A DNA stretch of 64,000 bases. It comes from Candidatus Acidiferrales bacterium. GTDB taxonomy: Archaea; Thermoproteota; Bathyarchaeia; Bathyarchaeales; Bathycorpusculaceae. The first letter of the stretch is position 1. Every line of letters begins with the position of its first letter. A program made the position numbers and the translations under genes. The notes under the pieces are model-generated. The model was not told the DNA's origin. It saw nothing but the letters and a program-made list of their open reading frames with translations, and ran no database searches. The DNA is taken from positions 5,285-69,284 of the forward strand of contig DASPPK010000053.1 of assembly GCA_035625495.1 (NCBI GenBank), given 5' to 3'. This document shows positions 1 to 9,992 of this stretch, piece after piece.

Positions 1-689
1 CAACTGAAGAGGACATGGCTCTCGTAGCCGTGAAAAATCACAAGTACGGCTCCATGAACCCGATCGCTCACCTTCAGAACAAGGTCACGGTTGACGACGT
101 TCTGAACTCTATGGTCATCGCCTCGCCCTTAAAGCTCTTCGACTGTTGCCCCTTGACTGATGGAGCATCAGCGCTAGTTCTTGCATCTGAAGAAAAGGTG
201 AGGGAACTGAAAATCGACACGCCGGTATGGATCGCAGGCATCGGCTACTCTTCAGGAACCGCAAACCTTAGCAAACGATCAGACTTCGTGGGTTTAGAAG
301 CAAGCGTACTAGCTTCAGGGAGAGTTTACAAAGCTACGGGTATAACGCCGAACCAGGTTGACTTCGCAGAAGTACACGACTGCTTCACCATAGCTGAAAT
401 AATGGCGTACGAGGACATTGGATTGTGTGCGAAGGGTGAAGGGGTCAGGCTCCTGCGAGATGGACAGACTGAAATCGGAGGAAGAATCCCTGTGAACATG
501 GACGGAGGGCTGAAGTCGAAGGGACATCCGATTGGTACGACAGGTTGTGCAATGATGTACGAGCTCACGAAGCAGTTGAGGGGAGAGGCTGAAAGAGGCA
601 GGCAGGTGTCGCTGAAGAACAACATTGGTCTGGCACATAACGTAGGCGGAACGGGACACTACTGCTACGTGACTATCCTGCGGAGGTGA
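1..689 (+). CDS. thiolase-family acetyl-CoA C-acetyltransferase, C-terminal part (5' end outside window)
   Basis: Frame is open to the window edge. Thiolase C-terminal signatures are present (NMDGGLKSKGHPIGTTGC, GLAHNVGGTG). The stop overlaps the start of a DUF35 partner gene. Confidence 0.85.
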   Translation, partial: TEEDMALVAVKNHKYGSMNPIAHLQNKVTVDDVLNSMVIASPLKLFDCCPLTDGASALVLASEEKVRELKIDTPVWIAGIGYSSGTANLSKRSDFVGLEASVLASGRVYKATGITPNQVDFAEVHDCFTIAEIMAYEDIGLCAKGEGVRLLRDGQTEIGGRIPVNMDGGLKSKGHPIGTTGCAMMYELTKQLRGEAERGRQVSLKNNIGLAHNVGGTGHYCYVTILRR

Positions 690-1132
690 ACAGAATGTCC
701 GCGATGCCCTCAATAAAATCCAGAGAAATAAAGATTGTACAAGAGATACCGATTAGCAAGGATCTGAAGTTTTACGAAGGCCTAAGAGAGGGGAAAGTCT
801 ACGCGACTAGATGCAAAGACTGCGGAAAAATCTATTTCCCGCCGAACGTCGACTGTCCTGAATGTCTGTCTACAGGGTTGGAGTGGATTGAGCTTAGCAA
901 CGAAGCAGAAATCGAAACGTTCACGCATGTAATTGTGAGGCCGACCACTTTCCAGCAAAACAAACCGTACACCGTTGCCATAGGAAGGTTGAAGGAAGGT
1001 GTGAAAGTGCTTGCGTGGCTAACGGGATTCAAGCTTTCAGAAGTGAGAGTTGGCATGAAAGCAAAGCTGGTGGCCAAGGTCACAGCCGAAAAAAACGCAA
1101 CTTACGAGTTTGTGCCTATTCAGCCAAGATAA
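686..1132 (+). CDS. DUF35 OB-fold/zinc-ribbon protein (partner of archaeal thiolase/HMG-CoA synthase)
   Basis: 148 aa. Rubredoxin-like CKDCGKIYFPPNVDCPEC is followed by an OB-fold-like C-terminus. GTG start overlaps the upstream stop (GTGA). Confidence 0.8.
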   Translation: MNRMSAMPSIKSREIKIVQEIPISKDLKFYEGLREGKVYATRCKDCGKIYFPPNVDCPECLSTGLEWIELSNEAEIETFTHVIVRPTTFQQNKPYTVAIGRLKEGVKVLAWLTGFKLSEVRVGMKAKLVAKVTAEKNATYEFVPIQPR

Positions 1133-1956
1133 CCGTTGGGCTTGGAACTTCCAACTTCCAAGCTTTTTATCCATTCCATCGTTTTGGTTACCAATTCATC
1201 CTCTTTACCCTCGTAACTGTGATTTGCCCCTTTTATCACCAATAGGGTCTTAGGATCATTCGCGCATGAATAGACATCTTGGGCCTCATCTAGGCCGTGG
1301 ATGTTGTCTGCATCGCCAATGACGATCAGCACAGGCAAATTCTTCAGCTTCTGAATCACGTTACACTCGTCCAGTTTCATGAGTTTTCCACGGACATCTC
1401 TCAAACGCAGATCTAATCCGAAAACTTCCATCTTAAATACTTGTGAAACGTCGAAAACTCGGTCAAGCTGAGAGAAGAGAAGAAACGCAAAAAGACCCCG
1501 TCTGCCCCTTGTGCGCCTTATGAACTTCTTAACGTTGTAATCGTGGTTCTTAGGCGGAGACCACAATGCGAGTCCCTTGATTCGCGCATTGTTCTGAACA
1601 GCGTAGAGTGACACCGCAGCGCCCAAGCTATGGCCAACGACAAAGATGCTGTTAGGCAAAACTTCTTTTTTCGAGGCCAGATAACTCAAAGCGCATTTCA
1701 CGTCCTGTTGCTCTCCCAAACCGTAATCAAACTGTCCAGTGCTCTTCCCGACTCCGCGAAAATCGAAATTCAAAGATAGAAACCCAGCTTGACAAGCAGT
1801 CTCAGCTAAGCGAGTGTAAATGCCGAGCCCGTGATAGCCTCGTGCATCCATGAAGTGACAAACAAGCACGGCAGGAGCCGGAACAACGTCAGGAATATGC
1901 AATTGCGCGTACAGCCTCGCATTTTCACACAATATTGATACTTGCTCGGTCTGCAC
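1120..1956 (-). CDS. alpha/beta-fold serine hydrolase
   Basis: 278 aa. Nucleophile elbow GHSLGA, with downstream GDADN and GANHSY consistent with a Ser-Asp-His triad. Convergent with the DUF35 gene and overlaps it by 13 nt. Confidence 0.8.
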   Translation of the reverse strand: MQTEQVSILCENARLYAQLHIPDVVPAPAVLVCHFMDARGYHGLGIYTRLAETACQAGFLSLNFDFRGVGKSTGQFDYGLGEQQDVKCALSYLASKKEVLPNSIFVVGHSLGAAVSLYAVQNNARIKGLALWSPPKNHDYNVKKFIRRTRGRRGLFAFLLFSQLDRVFDVSQVFKMEVFGLDLRLRDVRGKLMKLDECNVIQKLKNLPVLIVIGDADNIHGLDEAQDVYSCANDPKTLLVIKGANHSYEGKEDELVTKTMEWIKSLEVGSSKPNGYLG

Positions 1957-2376
1957 ACACTTTCCTTCCGCTGAATTGTCTCTGTGAGCTTAGATATTTC
2001 AAGCACTTACCCTTTTTCCTTTTCCATGTTTACCCTAGCGCAAAGCTCGAGCAAACTTCAAAACTCGCAGCGAAAGGCGTTCAGCTCAAACACCTGATTT
2101 ATGATGGGGTGCACCTAGGCGAAACCGTAAATGTTTCCTCGTACAGGCCGTACGTTTGGCTCAGTTTAAGATCATTGTGGGTTATTCTTGCCACATTCGT
2201 GCTAAGGTTAATTTGTTAAGGTCCAGTGTTACTCTAGATAACGATGGATAACGCAGCCATCCGTCACTCTTCTCTTTAGAAATGAAAGCCATGGGAAAAG
2301 GTGCAATAGTGATAAGCTATTCGTGGAAAATATTATTACTTCCTTACGTAGCCAATATGTAACGGTGGGGCTGGTT

Positions 2377-4107
2377 ATGTCCGCAAAGAAAAAAAAGGAA
2401 AGAGAAAAGCCAATTAAAGAGGAACCGGCTGAGAAGCCATGGTTTAAGTTTTGGCCTGAAGGAGTTCGGAAGCACATAGATTTTCCCGAAATTCCGCTTC
2501 ACGGACTGCTTGCCGAGACAGCCGAAAAGTTCCCTGAGCAAACAGCCATAGTTTATTTCAACAAGAGAATGACTTACCGCGATCTCAAACAATTTTCAGA
2601 TAGGTTTGCGACCGCGCTGGACGGTTTAGGCGTGAAGAAGGGCGACAAGGTTGCCATTTTCTTGCCGAACATACCTCAATTCATTATCTCCTATTACGGC
2701 ATCTCCGAGATCGGGGCTATCGCGACCGCCATAAGCCCGTTGTACAAAGAGCGAGAAGTTGCGCATCAGATGAACGATTCTCAGGCAGAAACAGTAGTAG
2801 TCTTAGATGCACTCTACCCAACGTTAGAAAAAGGGTTGGCAAGTTCCAAGGTTAAAAGGGTGATTGTAACGAGTTTCAAAGAGTACATGCCTGCGGGCAC
2901 GGCTTTTCTGGGTTCATTGCTGAAGAAGATTCCTTCACACAAGGTTGCGCATGGACCTAATGTTCACTTCTTCCAAGAATTGCTGAGCAAGTATGAGCCA
3001 AATCCACCAAAAGTCAGCGTCAACCCGCATGAGGACCTCGCAGCCCTTCAGTACACAGGCGGAACCACGGGCATAGCAAAGGGAGCAATGTTGACTCACA
3101 TGAACCTTGTCTCAAACGCGGTCTGCTGCGCTGAGTGGCTCAGAGGAGTAAGAAGCGGGGAAACATTCCTAACCGTGTTGCCTCTTTTTCATATCTACGG
3201 AATGACGACGGGCATGAACACTCCGATCTATTTGGCTGGAGGAATGATCATGCTACCCCGCTTTGACGCCCTAAGCACATTTCAGGCAATCCAGAAGTAC
3301 AAGGTCACAATCTTCTGCGGTGCGCCAACAATGTATTCGATGTTGCTTGCTCATCCAGATTCTAACAAGTATGACTTGAGATCAGTTCGTTTCTGTATTT
3401 CAGGCTCAGCTCCTCTTCCTCCTGAGGTTCAGAAGAATTGGATGAAAGCGACAGGCGGGGTTCTTGTAGAAGGCTATGGACTTACAGAATCCTCACCAGT
3501 CACTCACTGCAACCCCCTTGACAAGTCATTTAAAACCGTTAAGGTAGGTTCCATAGGCTTACCGTGGCCAAATACCGAGGCAAAGGTCATGGACATGGAA
3601 ATCGGAGAAAAAGAGCTCGCGACGGGCGAGACTGGGGAAGTAGTGGTTAAGGGTCCGCAGGTCATGAAGGGGTACTGGAAAATGCCTGAAGAAACTGCCT
3701 CTGTCCTTCGAAACGGGTGGCTCTTCACAGGCGACATAGGTAGAATGGATGAAGACGGCTACTTCTACATCACAGACCGGAAGAAAGATCTGATCAAGTA
3801 CAAGGGCTACAGCGTATACCCGAGAGAGGTTGAAGACGTAATCTATGAACATCCTGCAGTGAAGCTCTGCGCAGTCGTAGGCAAGCCCGACCCAGTTGCA
3901 GGCGAAATCCCTAAAGCATTCGTCGTGCTGAAAGAGGGAAAAACAGCAACAGCAGAAGAGATCAAAGAGTTCGTCAACAGCAAGGTAGCGCCGTACAAGG
4001 CTGTGAGAGAGGTTGAATTCCGAACCGAGCTGCCGATGACCCTCGTTGGCAAGGTGCTCAGAAGGGTGCTTCAAGAAGAGGAAAAGAAGAAACTCGAGAA
4101 AACCTGA
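2377..4107 (+). CDS. AMP-dependent acyl-CoA synthetase (fatty-acid--CoA ligase-like)
   Basis: AMP-binding motifs YTGGTTGIAKGAMLTH, EGYGLTE and TGDIGRMDEDGYFYITDRKKDLIK. The ORF opens at GTG 2323, but ATG 2377 has GGTGGGG 6 nt upstream. Confidence 0.85.
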   Translation: MSAKKKKEREKPIKEEPAEKPWFKFWPEGVRKHIDFPEIPLHGLLAETAEKFPEQTAIVYFNKRMTYRDLKQFSDRFATALDGLGVKKGDKVAIFLPNIPQFIISYYGISEIGAIATAISPLYKEREVAHQMNDSQAETVVVLDALYPTLEKGLASSKVKRVIVTSFKEYMPAGTAFLGSLLKKIPSHKVAHGPNVHFFQELLSKYEPNPPKVSVNPHEDLAALQYTGGTTGIAKGAMLTHMNLVSNAVCCAEWLRGVRSGETFLTVLPLFHIYGMTTGMNTPIYLAGGMIMLPRFDALSTFQAIQKYKVTIFCGAPTMYSMLLAHPDSNKYDLRSVRFCISGSAPLPPEVQKNWMKATGGVLVEGYGLTESSPVTHCNPLDKSFKTVKVGSIGLPWPNTEAKVMDMEIGEKELATGETGEVVVKGPQVMKGYWKMPEETASVLRNGWLFTGDIGRMDEDGYFYITDRKKDLIKYKGYSVYPREVEDVIYEHPAVKLCAVVGKPDPVAGEIPKAFVVLKEGKTATAEEIKEFVNSKVAPYKAVREVEFRTELPMTLVGKVLRRVLQEEEKKKLEKT

Positions 4108-4130
4108 AAGCCAGTGCTAGCTGAGCTCAC

Positions 4131-5660
4131 CTATACTGGCTCATTGATTTTCTTTCCTGTTTTCTTTGTCCACTCAGCGACGGGCACTGCAAATTGTTTC
4201 TCCACTTCAGGCCTGTGAATGCTGTTGTAAGTGCAGAAGCACCGTATTTTCCCGTCGGGAGTTACATAGTGGATCCCGCATTTCTGAACGCGGTCCAAGT
4301 CGATGTTCCACACGTCTTGAAAATGCATTATTCCGATCATGACTATGCGCTGCATCAATTCTCCCAATGCCTTGTAACTTCCCTTTGTCACAACATTCCT
4401 GATCAAACCTCTGACAAAGTCAGATCTGGCCATGGGTAGCAACTTGACCATCTTCATTTTAGCCATCGTCTTCTTGCCCTTAGCTCCAGAGTAGTAAACA
4501 TCCCAGAACACTTCGGCAAACTTGTCAACATCCACGTAACGCATGATAGGCTTGTAAGAGCCGTCCTTGTCCACGACCAAGAATGTTGCTGCTCCACACA
4601 TAGGATGCATAGTAAACTCTGGATAAGGCCTGTTTTTCACTTGGCCCATCCCCTTGGAGATTGGGACAGGCCAGTTCACCGGTCTCCAGTCGAAACGACC
4701 TACTGCACCTTTCGTCTGCTTCTCAATCTCGTTAATGGTGTCAGGAATCGTTATCCTCATATTTCGCATTTCTTCTTTCCTAGCCTTGCCTGCCATCGAA
4801 ACAGGCTGAATGTTGACGCACCTGACAACATCATGGTTCTTGACTGCGAAATCGATGATCTCTCCAATGTCCTTGTCGTTCACGCCTTTCGCATAAGTAA
4901 CAACCAGAACAATAGAGTGTAACCCGATTTTCCGCGCGTTCTCTAGGACCTTCAGCTTTATCGGAATCATGTCACCCCTAGCTCGAGTTTTCTTGTAAAT
5001 GTCCTCCCTTAACCCGTCAAACTGAAGGTACAGCGTGCTCAAGCCGGCGTCGAGCAACTTCTTGAAATAGTCAACGTCTTCTGCGATGCGGATGCCGTTT
5101 GTGTTGACTTCAACGTGATCTATTCCGGCTTTCTGAGCTTCTCGAATCAAGTCGGGCAAATCATTCCTCAAAGTCGGCTCCCCGCCGCTGAACTGCAGAG
5201 CGTTACACGCCCAAGGGCTGTTGGCTCTAAGCAGCCTGATCATGTCCACAATCTGGTCGTACGAAGGCTCATAAACATAGTTTGTCACTCCAACATAGGC
5301 AAAACATACAGGGCAAGCCATGTTGCACCTGTTCGTTACGTCTATGATGCCCAAGATCGTCGGCGTCTTGTGCTGAGGGCAGACTCCGCAGTCAAATGGG
5401 CATCCTTTGGCTGTCTTTGTGTGCGGGTTTTCCAGGCCACTCCCCCAGTACCGCGCGTTATACCAATTGTCATAAAAATACTTGAACAGCTCAGCGTCTC
5501 CCCAGTAAACGTCCTCAAACTTTCCATGCTCAGGACAGGTCTTCTCGAGGTAGATGACGCCGCCTTCCTCGTAAATCCTCATTGGAATCCTCTGGAGACA
5601 CTCTGGACACAAGCTTGTTGAAATAGTTTCAAACTTCTCAGATTGTTGAGTGTTCATCAT
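4131..5660 (-). CDS. tes: radical SAM enzyme, probable tetraether lipid synthase (Tes/GDGT-MAS-like)
   Basis: 509 aa. Radical-SAM CxxxCxxC (CNMACPVC), a second CxxxCxxC (CPFDCGVC), N-terminal rubredoxin-like CPEC...CPEH and a C-terminal Cys cluster (CGIHY...CFC). The architecture matches what is published for GDGT-MAS. Family assignment is from memory, not a search. Confidence 0.75.
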   Translation of the reverse strand: MMNTQQSEKFETISTSLCPECLQRIPMRIYEEGGVIYLEKTCPEHGKFEDVYWGDAELFKYFYDNWYNARYWGSGLENPHTKTAKGCPFDCGVCPQHKTPTILGIIDVTNRCNMACPVCFAYVGVTNYVYEPSYDQIVDMIRLLRANSPWACNALQFSGGEPTLRNDLPDLIREAQKAGIDHVEVNTNGIRIAEDVDYFKKLLDAGLSTLYLQFDGLREDIYKKTRARGDMIPIKLKVLENARKIGLHSIVLVVTYAKGVNDKDIGEIIDFAVKNHDVVRCVNIQPVSMAGKARKEEMRNMRITIPDTINEIEKQTKGAVGRFDWRPVNWPVPISKGMGQVKNRPYPEFTMHPMCGAATFLVVDKDGSYKPIMRYVDVDKFAEVFWDVYYSGAKGKKTMAKMKMVKLLPMARSDFVRGLIRNVVTKGSYKALGELMQRIVMIGIMHFQDVWNIDLDRVQKCGIHYVTPDGKIRCFCTYNSIHRPEVEKQFAVPVAEWTKKTGKKINEPV

Positions 5661-5755
5661 GTGATCTCTCCCTCAAATTTCGACAAGTACGTAAGCATTC
5701 AAGCCGTTTATAAAGCATGGAGTAAGCGATTACACACCTAGTGAGAGCCAGCAAA

Positions 5756-7000
5756 CTAAGAAAGGGTCTGAGATGAACTGCCAGTCTGCGAGGAGCTTTT
5801 CTTGGGTTCTTCCAGCATCAAATAGAACGGCAAAGACGCAACAAAGAGCAACGCTGCGACCCCGCATGACACTATAGCGTCAGAATTGGTGGAATTCCAG
5901 ACGTAACTACCCGCGCTAGGTCCGATAGTCAAACCTGCGCCATTGAGGCTCTGAGTAATACCTGAGGCACTTGCTCGTCTATGCTCTGGAACTAGATCCA
6001 TTAGCCACGCTGAAATCGCAGGTGAACTAATGTTTCCTATGGCGCTTATTCCTCCCATTATCAAGGAGAAGTCTAAAAGTGATCCGCTGAAACCTAGGAG
6101 CAGGGCCAAAGGGGCACCCAAAAAACTGAACAGCACGAGAGGTTTTCTTCCAAACTTGTCGGCAAGCTTCCCGCCTGGGATCTGGACAAGCCCCGTAACA
6201 AGGCTGGATGACAACGATAAGACTAGACCGTACTCGGCAGGAGCAGCCCCAAGCTTGAACAGTAGCATGCCATTCAACACTGGATTGATGAAACCATTCA
6301 ACAACCCGTTCATAAGATTTGTTAGGCTGAAGATGAAGATCACACGTCTAAAAGATAAGCTCAGTTTCATGCTGGCTTTTTGTACTTCTGTGCCGTTTTT
6401 CCCATTTTTGTGCTTCTCGACTTTTTTGCTTTTCAGAAATGAGGCCAAGAGCAAACCGATGATGCTGACGAGCACCGCAATGACGAAGGGCGTCTGCAAC
6501 GTCACATATTGGGCTGTGAATCCAGCTATCAATGGCCCAGCTATTCCGGCTGACACCCATGAAAGGTTGAACATGCCATACGCCATCCCTCTGGATGACT
6601 GTTCACTGCAGTCAGCAACCAAGGCCGAAATAGCCGGACTGGAGAACCCAGTTGCAAAAAATTCGACAAAATTGGCGGCATACAAGAAGTACAGGTTTGG
6701 AGCAATAACAAACATTCCGCATCCCGCGGCCAGAACTCCGAAGGACATGATCACAACGGTTCTCTTGCCCAATGAATCGGCTGCAAAACCTCCGACAAAA
6801 TATCCCACAGTGGCTGCTGCATAGCCAAGCGAAAACATTATGCCCAAGGCTTCCATAGTTGAAGCTTCGACGCCTCCGACGAACAATTTCGTCAAGTAGG
6901 CCCTCGGTGTAGGAATCAAATTGGTGGAAAAAGTGAACAGAAAGTTTACAGTCCATAAAATCAGAAAAATTCGAGACCTGTAGTCAAAACCGCCGTTCAA
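5756..7000 (-). CDS. MFS transporter
   Basis: 414 aa with many hydrophobic segments in two halves, separated by a charged loop (KSKKVEKHKNGKNG). TTG start. Confidence 0.8.
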   Translation of the reverse strand: MNGGFDYRSRIFLILWTVNFLFTFSTNLIPTPRAYLTKLFVGGVEASTMEALGIMFSLGYAAATVGYFVGGFAADSLGKRTVVIMSFGVLAAGCGMFVIAPNLYFLYAANFVEFFATGFSSPAISALVADCSEQSSRGMAYGMFNLSWVSAGIAGPLIAGFTAQYVTLQTPFVIAVLVSIIGLLLASFLKSKKVEKHKNGKNGTEVQKASMKLSLSFRRVIFIFSLTNLMNGLLNGFINPVLNGMLLFKLGAAPAEYGLVLSLSSSLVTGLVQIPGGKLADKFGRKPLVLFSFLGAPLALLLGFSGSLLDFSLIMGGISAIGNISSPAISAWLMDLVPEHRRASASGITQSLNGAGLTIGPSAGSYVWNSTNSDAIVSCGVAALLFVASLPFYLMLEEPKKSSSQTGSSSQTLS

Positions 7001-7212
7001 ATAACGGAAGCTCCTTGAATATTTCCATTGCCCCTGCTTGTTTAAGGACGAAGCACTGACTGTTTTTCATTCTCAAGCCTTCGCTTCGCAATGAACGATT
7101 ATAATCCTAAAAAGGGAAACTCACGTGGCGTAATCACAACTTGTTATTAAAGTTGTCCTGTCAAAATGTATATGAACGGTGGTCTCGCAATAGACTGAAG
7201 AGATGTGCCATA

Positions 7213-9492
7213 GTGCGGCTGAGGGTTAAAGTTACAGGAATCGTTCAAGGCGTGGGTTTCCGCCCCTTCATCTATCGAACAGCAGTTCATCACGGCCTTA
7301 CTGGCTACGTTAGAAACCGAGGTGACGCTGGCGTAGAAATACTCCTAGAAGGCAAAAAACAGGACATCAGCGATTTCTTAAAGAATCTGAACATGAAGAA
7401 GCCACCTCTTGCTCAAATCCACGAAATCATAACTGAGAAAATCGAAGGCAACAACGAATACTTGAGATTTACAGTCAAGAAAAGCTCTAACGAAACCGAA
7501 CTTTCGGGTTCAGTTATACCGCCTGATATAGCAATCTGTGACGACTGCCTAGGAGAGCTCCGAAACTCCGAAGACCCAAGATTCGATTACTTCTTTATCA
7601 CGTGCACCAACTGCGGTCCAAGGTTCACGATAATCGAAAAACTGCCGTACGACCGAGAGAACACAACGATGTGCGAGTTTCCAATGTGCGGCTTTTGTCT
7701 GAAGGAATACCATGACCCGGTGAACAGGAGGTTTCACGCCCAAACCATAGCATGTCCCGAATGCGGACCACGAGCCTACCTAACGACACGGAACGGTGAA
7801 CTCGTTGAACACAAGGACCCAATCCGCGAAGCAGGCAGACTCTTGTCCAAGGGTAACATCTTGGCAATCAAAGGTTACGGTGGCTTTCACGTCGCAACGT
7901 CGACAACTGAAGACAAACCCTTGGTCAGGCTTAGACTGGTAAAGCATAGAAGTCAGAAACCCTTCGCCATAATGGCTCGAAGCTTGGACGCAATAAAAAC
8001 CTTTGCAGATGTAAGCAAGAAAGAAGCGAAACTCCTAACTTCGTACTCCCGCCCAATAGTTTTGCTCAACAAGAAAAATGATTTCCCTCTGTCTGACTTG
8101 GTTGCTCCCAGACTGCACAACGTCGGCGTGATGCTGCCCTACACGGGACTTCATTACATGCTTTTCGACAACGTGAAAGATGCTGCCTTCGTGATGACAA
8201 GCGCCAACTCACCTAACCAACCTATAATCAAAGACAATGAAGAGGCCCTGAAAGGTCTATCTGGCACAGTCGATTATTTCCTGTTTCACGACCGACAGAT
8301 AGCCCACAGATGCGACGACTCAGTATTGCGTACCCACGGTCAAAACACTGTTTTCATAAGACGCTCAAGAGGCTACGCCCCAGCTCCTTTAATGCTAAGA
8401 GAAAAAGCAAAGCACTGTGTGCTGGCCTTAGGCGGGGAATTGAGCAACACGGCATGCGTGCTCAATGGGAACAAAGCTTTCATTTCACAACACATAGGCG
8501 ATGCGGAAAACGTGGAAACCAGACACTTTCTAGAAACAGCGGCCGAACATTTGATCCGCCTCACGAACAGCAAAGTCGATACTGTTGTTTGTGACTTGCA
8601 CCCAAAATTTACGACAACTGCCCTTGCTCACGGATTGGCTGCGGAAAAGGGTTGGAGGCTGCTTCAAGTTCAGCATCATTACTCTCACATCGCCGCTTTG
8701 ATGGTTGAACGCAATGTAGAGGAAATGATTGGCGTATGCTGTGACGGATACGGGTATGGTTCCGACGGAGAAGCTTGGGGAGGCGAGATCCTGCTGTGCA
8801 CCAAAGAAGCTCAAGGGTTTAAACGTCTAGCCCACCTTGAAAAACAGCCCTTAGTCGGAGGAGATTTGGCTACCGAATACCCACTGCGAGTTGCTGCAGG
8901 AATACTCCATGGCAAAGCGCATATTGAAGATTGGCTTCTGCAGCAGAAGGAGCGCTTCCCACATGGAGAACAAGAAATAGAAATAATCCTTCAACAGCTC
9001 AAGAATCGAAAGGGCATAATCGAAACCACGAGCTGTGGCAGGGTGCTAGATGCTGTCTCAGCAGTCCTCGGCATATGTTACGAGCGCACTTACGAAGGAG
9101 AACCTTCCATGAAACTTGAGTCTGCTGCGATGAAAGGGAAAGACGCGTTAAACCTGAACCCAATAATTGAAGGCGACACTCTAAACACGACACAAATTCT
9201 TGAGGAGATATTCGAAAACATGAAAAAACATTCGAGACGAGATCTGGCTTACTCTACACACGCTTACATAGCGAAAGGCTTGGCCGCGCTTGCTATAAAC
9301 CAGGCAGACGAGAATGACGTGAAAGCTATAGGTTTTTCAGGGGGAGTCGCATGCAACGAGATACTGACGAAGGCGATGCGAAAACAAGTCGAAGATGCAC
9401 ACTTGCGTTTTCTTGTGCATGAAATCGTTCCTCCAGGCGACGGGGGCCTATCTTTCGGTCAAGCCGCTGTATCCAGCTTTTTTCAACCCTGA
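7213..9492 (+). CDS. hypF: [NiFe]-hydrogenase maturation carbamoyltransferase HypF
   Basis: Acylphosphatase domain (VTGIVQGVGFRPF), paired zinc fingers (CDDC..CTNCGPRF; CGFC..CPECGPR), then YrdC-like and Kae1-like domains. The ORF opens at TTG 7141, but GTG 7213 sits directly before the acylphosphatase domain. Confidence 0.9.
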   Translation: MRLRVKVTGIVQGVGFRPFIYRTAVHHGLTGYVRNRGDAGVEILLEGKKQDISDFLKNLNMKKPPLAQIHEIITEKIEGNNEYLRFTVKKSSNETELSGSVIPPDIAICDDCLGELRNSEDPRFDYFFITCTNCGPRFTIIEKLPYDRENTTMCEFPMCGFCLKEYHDPVNRRFHAQTIACPECGPRAYLTTRNGELVEHKDPIREAGRLLSKGNILAIKGYGGFHVATSTTEDKPLVRLRLVKHRSQKPFAIMARSLDAIKTFADVSKKEAKLLTSYSRPIVLLNKKNDFPLSDLVAPRLHNVGVMLPYTGLHYMLFDNVKDAAFVMTSANSPNQPIIKDNEEALKGLSGTVDYFLFHDRQIAHRCDDSVLRTHGQNTVFIRRSRGYAPAPLMLREKAKHCVLALGGELSNTACVLNGNKAFISQHIGDAENVETRHFLETAAEHLIRLTNSKVDTVVCDLHPKFTTTALAHGLAAEKGWRLLQVQHHYSHIAALMVERNVEEMIGVCCDGYGYGSDGEAWGGEILLCTKEAQGFKRLAHLEKQPLVGGDLATEYPLRVAAGILHGKAHIEDWLLQQKERFPHGEQEIEIILQQLKNRKGIIETTSCGRVLDAVSAVLGICYERTYEGEPSMKLESAAMKGKDALNLNPIIEGDTLNTTQILEEIFENMKKHSRRDLAYSTHAYIAKGLAALAINQADENDVKAIGFSGGVACNEILTKAMRKQVEDAHLRFLVHEIVPPGDGGLSFGQAAVSSFFQP

Positions 9493-9736
9493 ACCACAAC
9501 CGCAACTGTATAGACAGATCCGAAGATCGCGAACAATTAGACAGAGACTCACGTGGATTTTAGAAGGTAAGGTTTCCGCATTGGCAATCACTCAAATAGC
9601 GTTGACCCTCTTTGTGGGAATAATTTTCACCTTACAAAGAACAGACTTAAAAGTAGAAAATCTTTTTCCAACGTCACTAAGTTTATCAGCCTGCCTCTTC
9701 CAACATCCATTGGAACAAAGGTCTGAGAATCGAGAT

Positions 9737-9970
9737 ATGTGTTTGGCTATACCAGCTAAAGTTGTAAGCCGCAAAGAAGACAAAGCTGAAGTTGACTTTG
9801 GTGAAGGAGTTCTGAGGGAAGTCAACATTACCTTGGTGGAAGCAAATGTAGGTGACTACGTTTTGGTGCATGCTGGCTATGCAATTCAGGTTTTGGATGA
9901 GAAAGAGGCTTTGGAGACGCTGCGCCTGTGGAATGAGATTCTTGGGGTCAAAACCGCGACTGGGCGATGA
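9737..9970 (+). CDS. hypC: hydrogenase assembly chaperone HypC
   Basis: 77 aa starting with the invariant MCLAIPAKV. The ORF-track entry 9395..9970 is an artefactual 5' extension. Confidence 0.9.
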   Translation: MCLAIPAKVVSRKEDKAEVDFGEGVLREVNITLVEANVGDYVLVHAGYAIQVLDEKEALETLRLWNEILGVKTATGR

Positions 9971-9992
9971 TAAGAAGCAAGTTGGAAAGGCA

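Noticed and set aside
6030-6824. 264-aa plus-strand ORF
   Set aside because: It lies entirely antisense within the MFS transporter gene and has no recognisable motifs.
9493-9736. Searched the hypF-hypC spacer for a hidden hypA
   Set aside because: No frame on either strand gives an ORF with the two CxxC pairs of HypA.
9395-9992. Long 5' extensions of the hypC (from 9395) and hypD (from 9852) ORFs in the track
   Set aside because: HypC must begin with MCLAIP (the N-terminal Cys is functional). The HypD extension overlaps hypC in another frame. The internal ATGs at 9737 and 9993 give canonical lengths.
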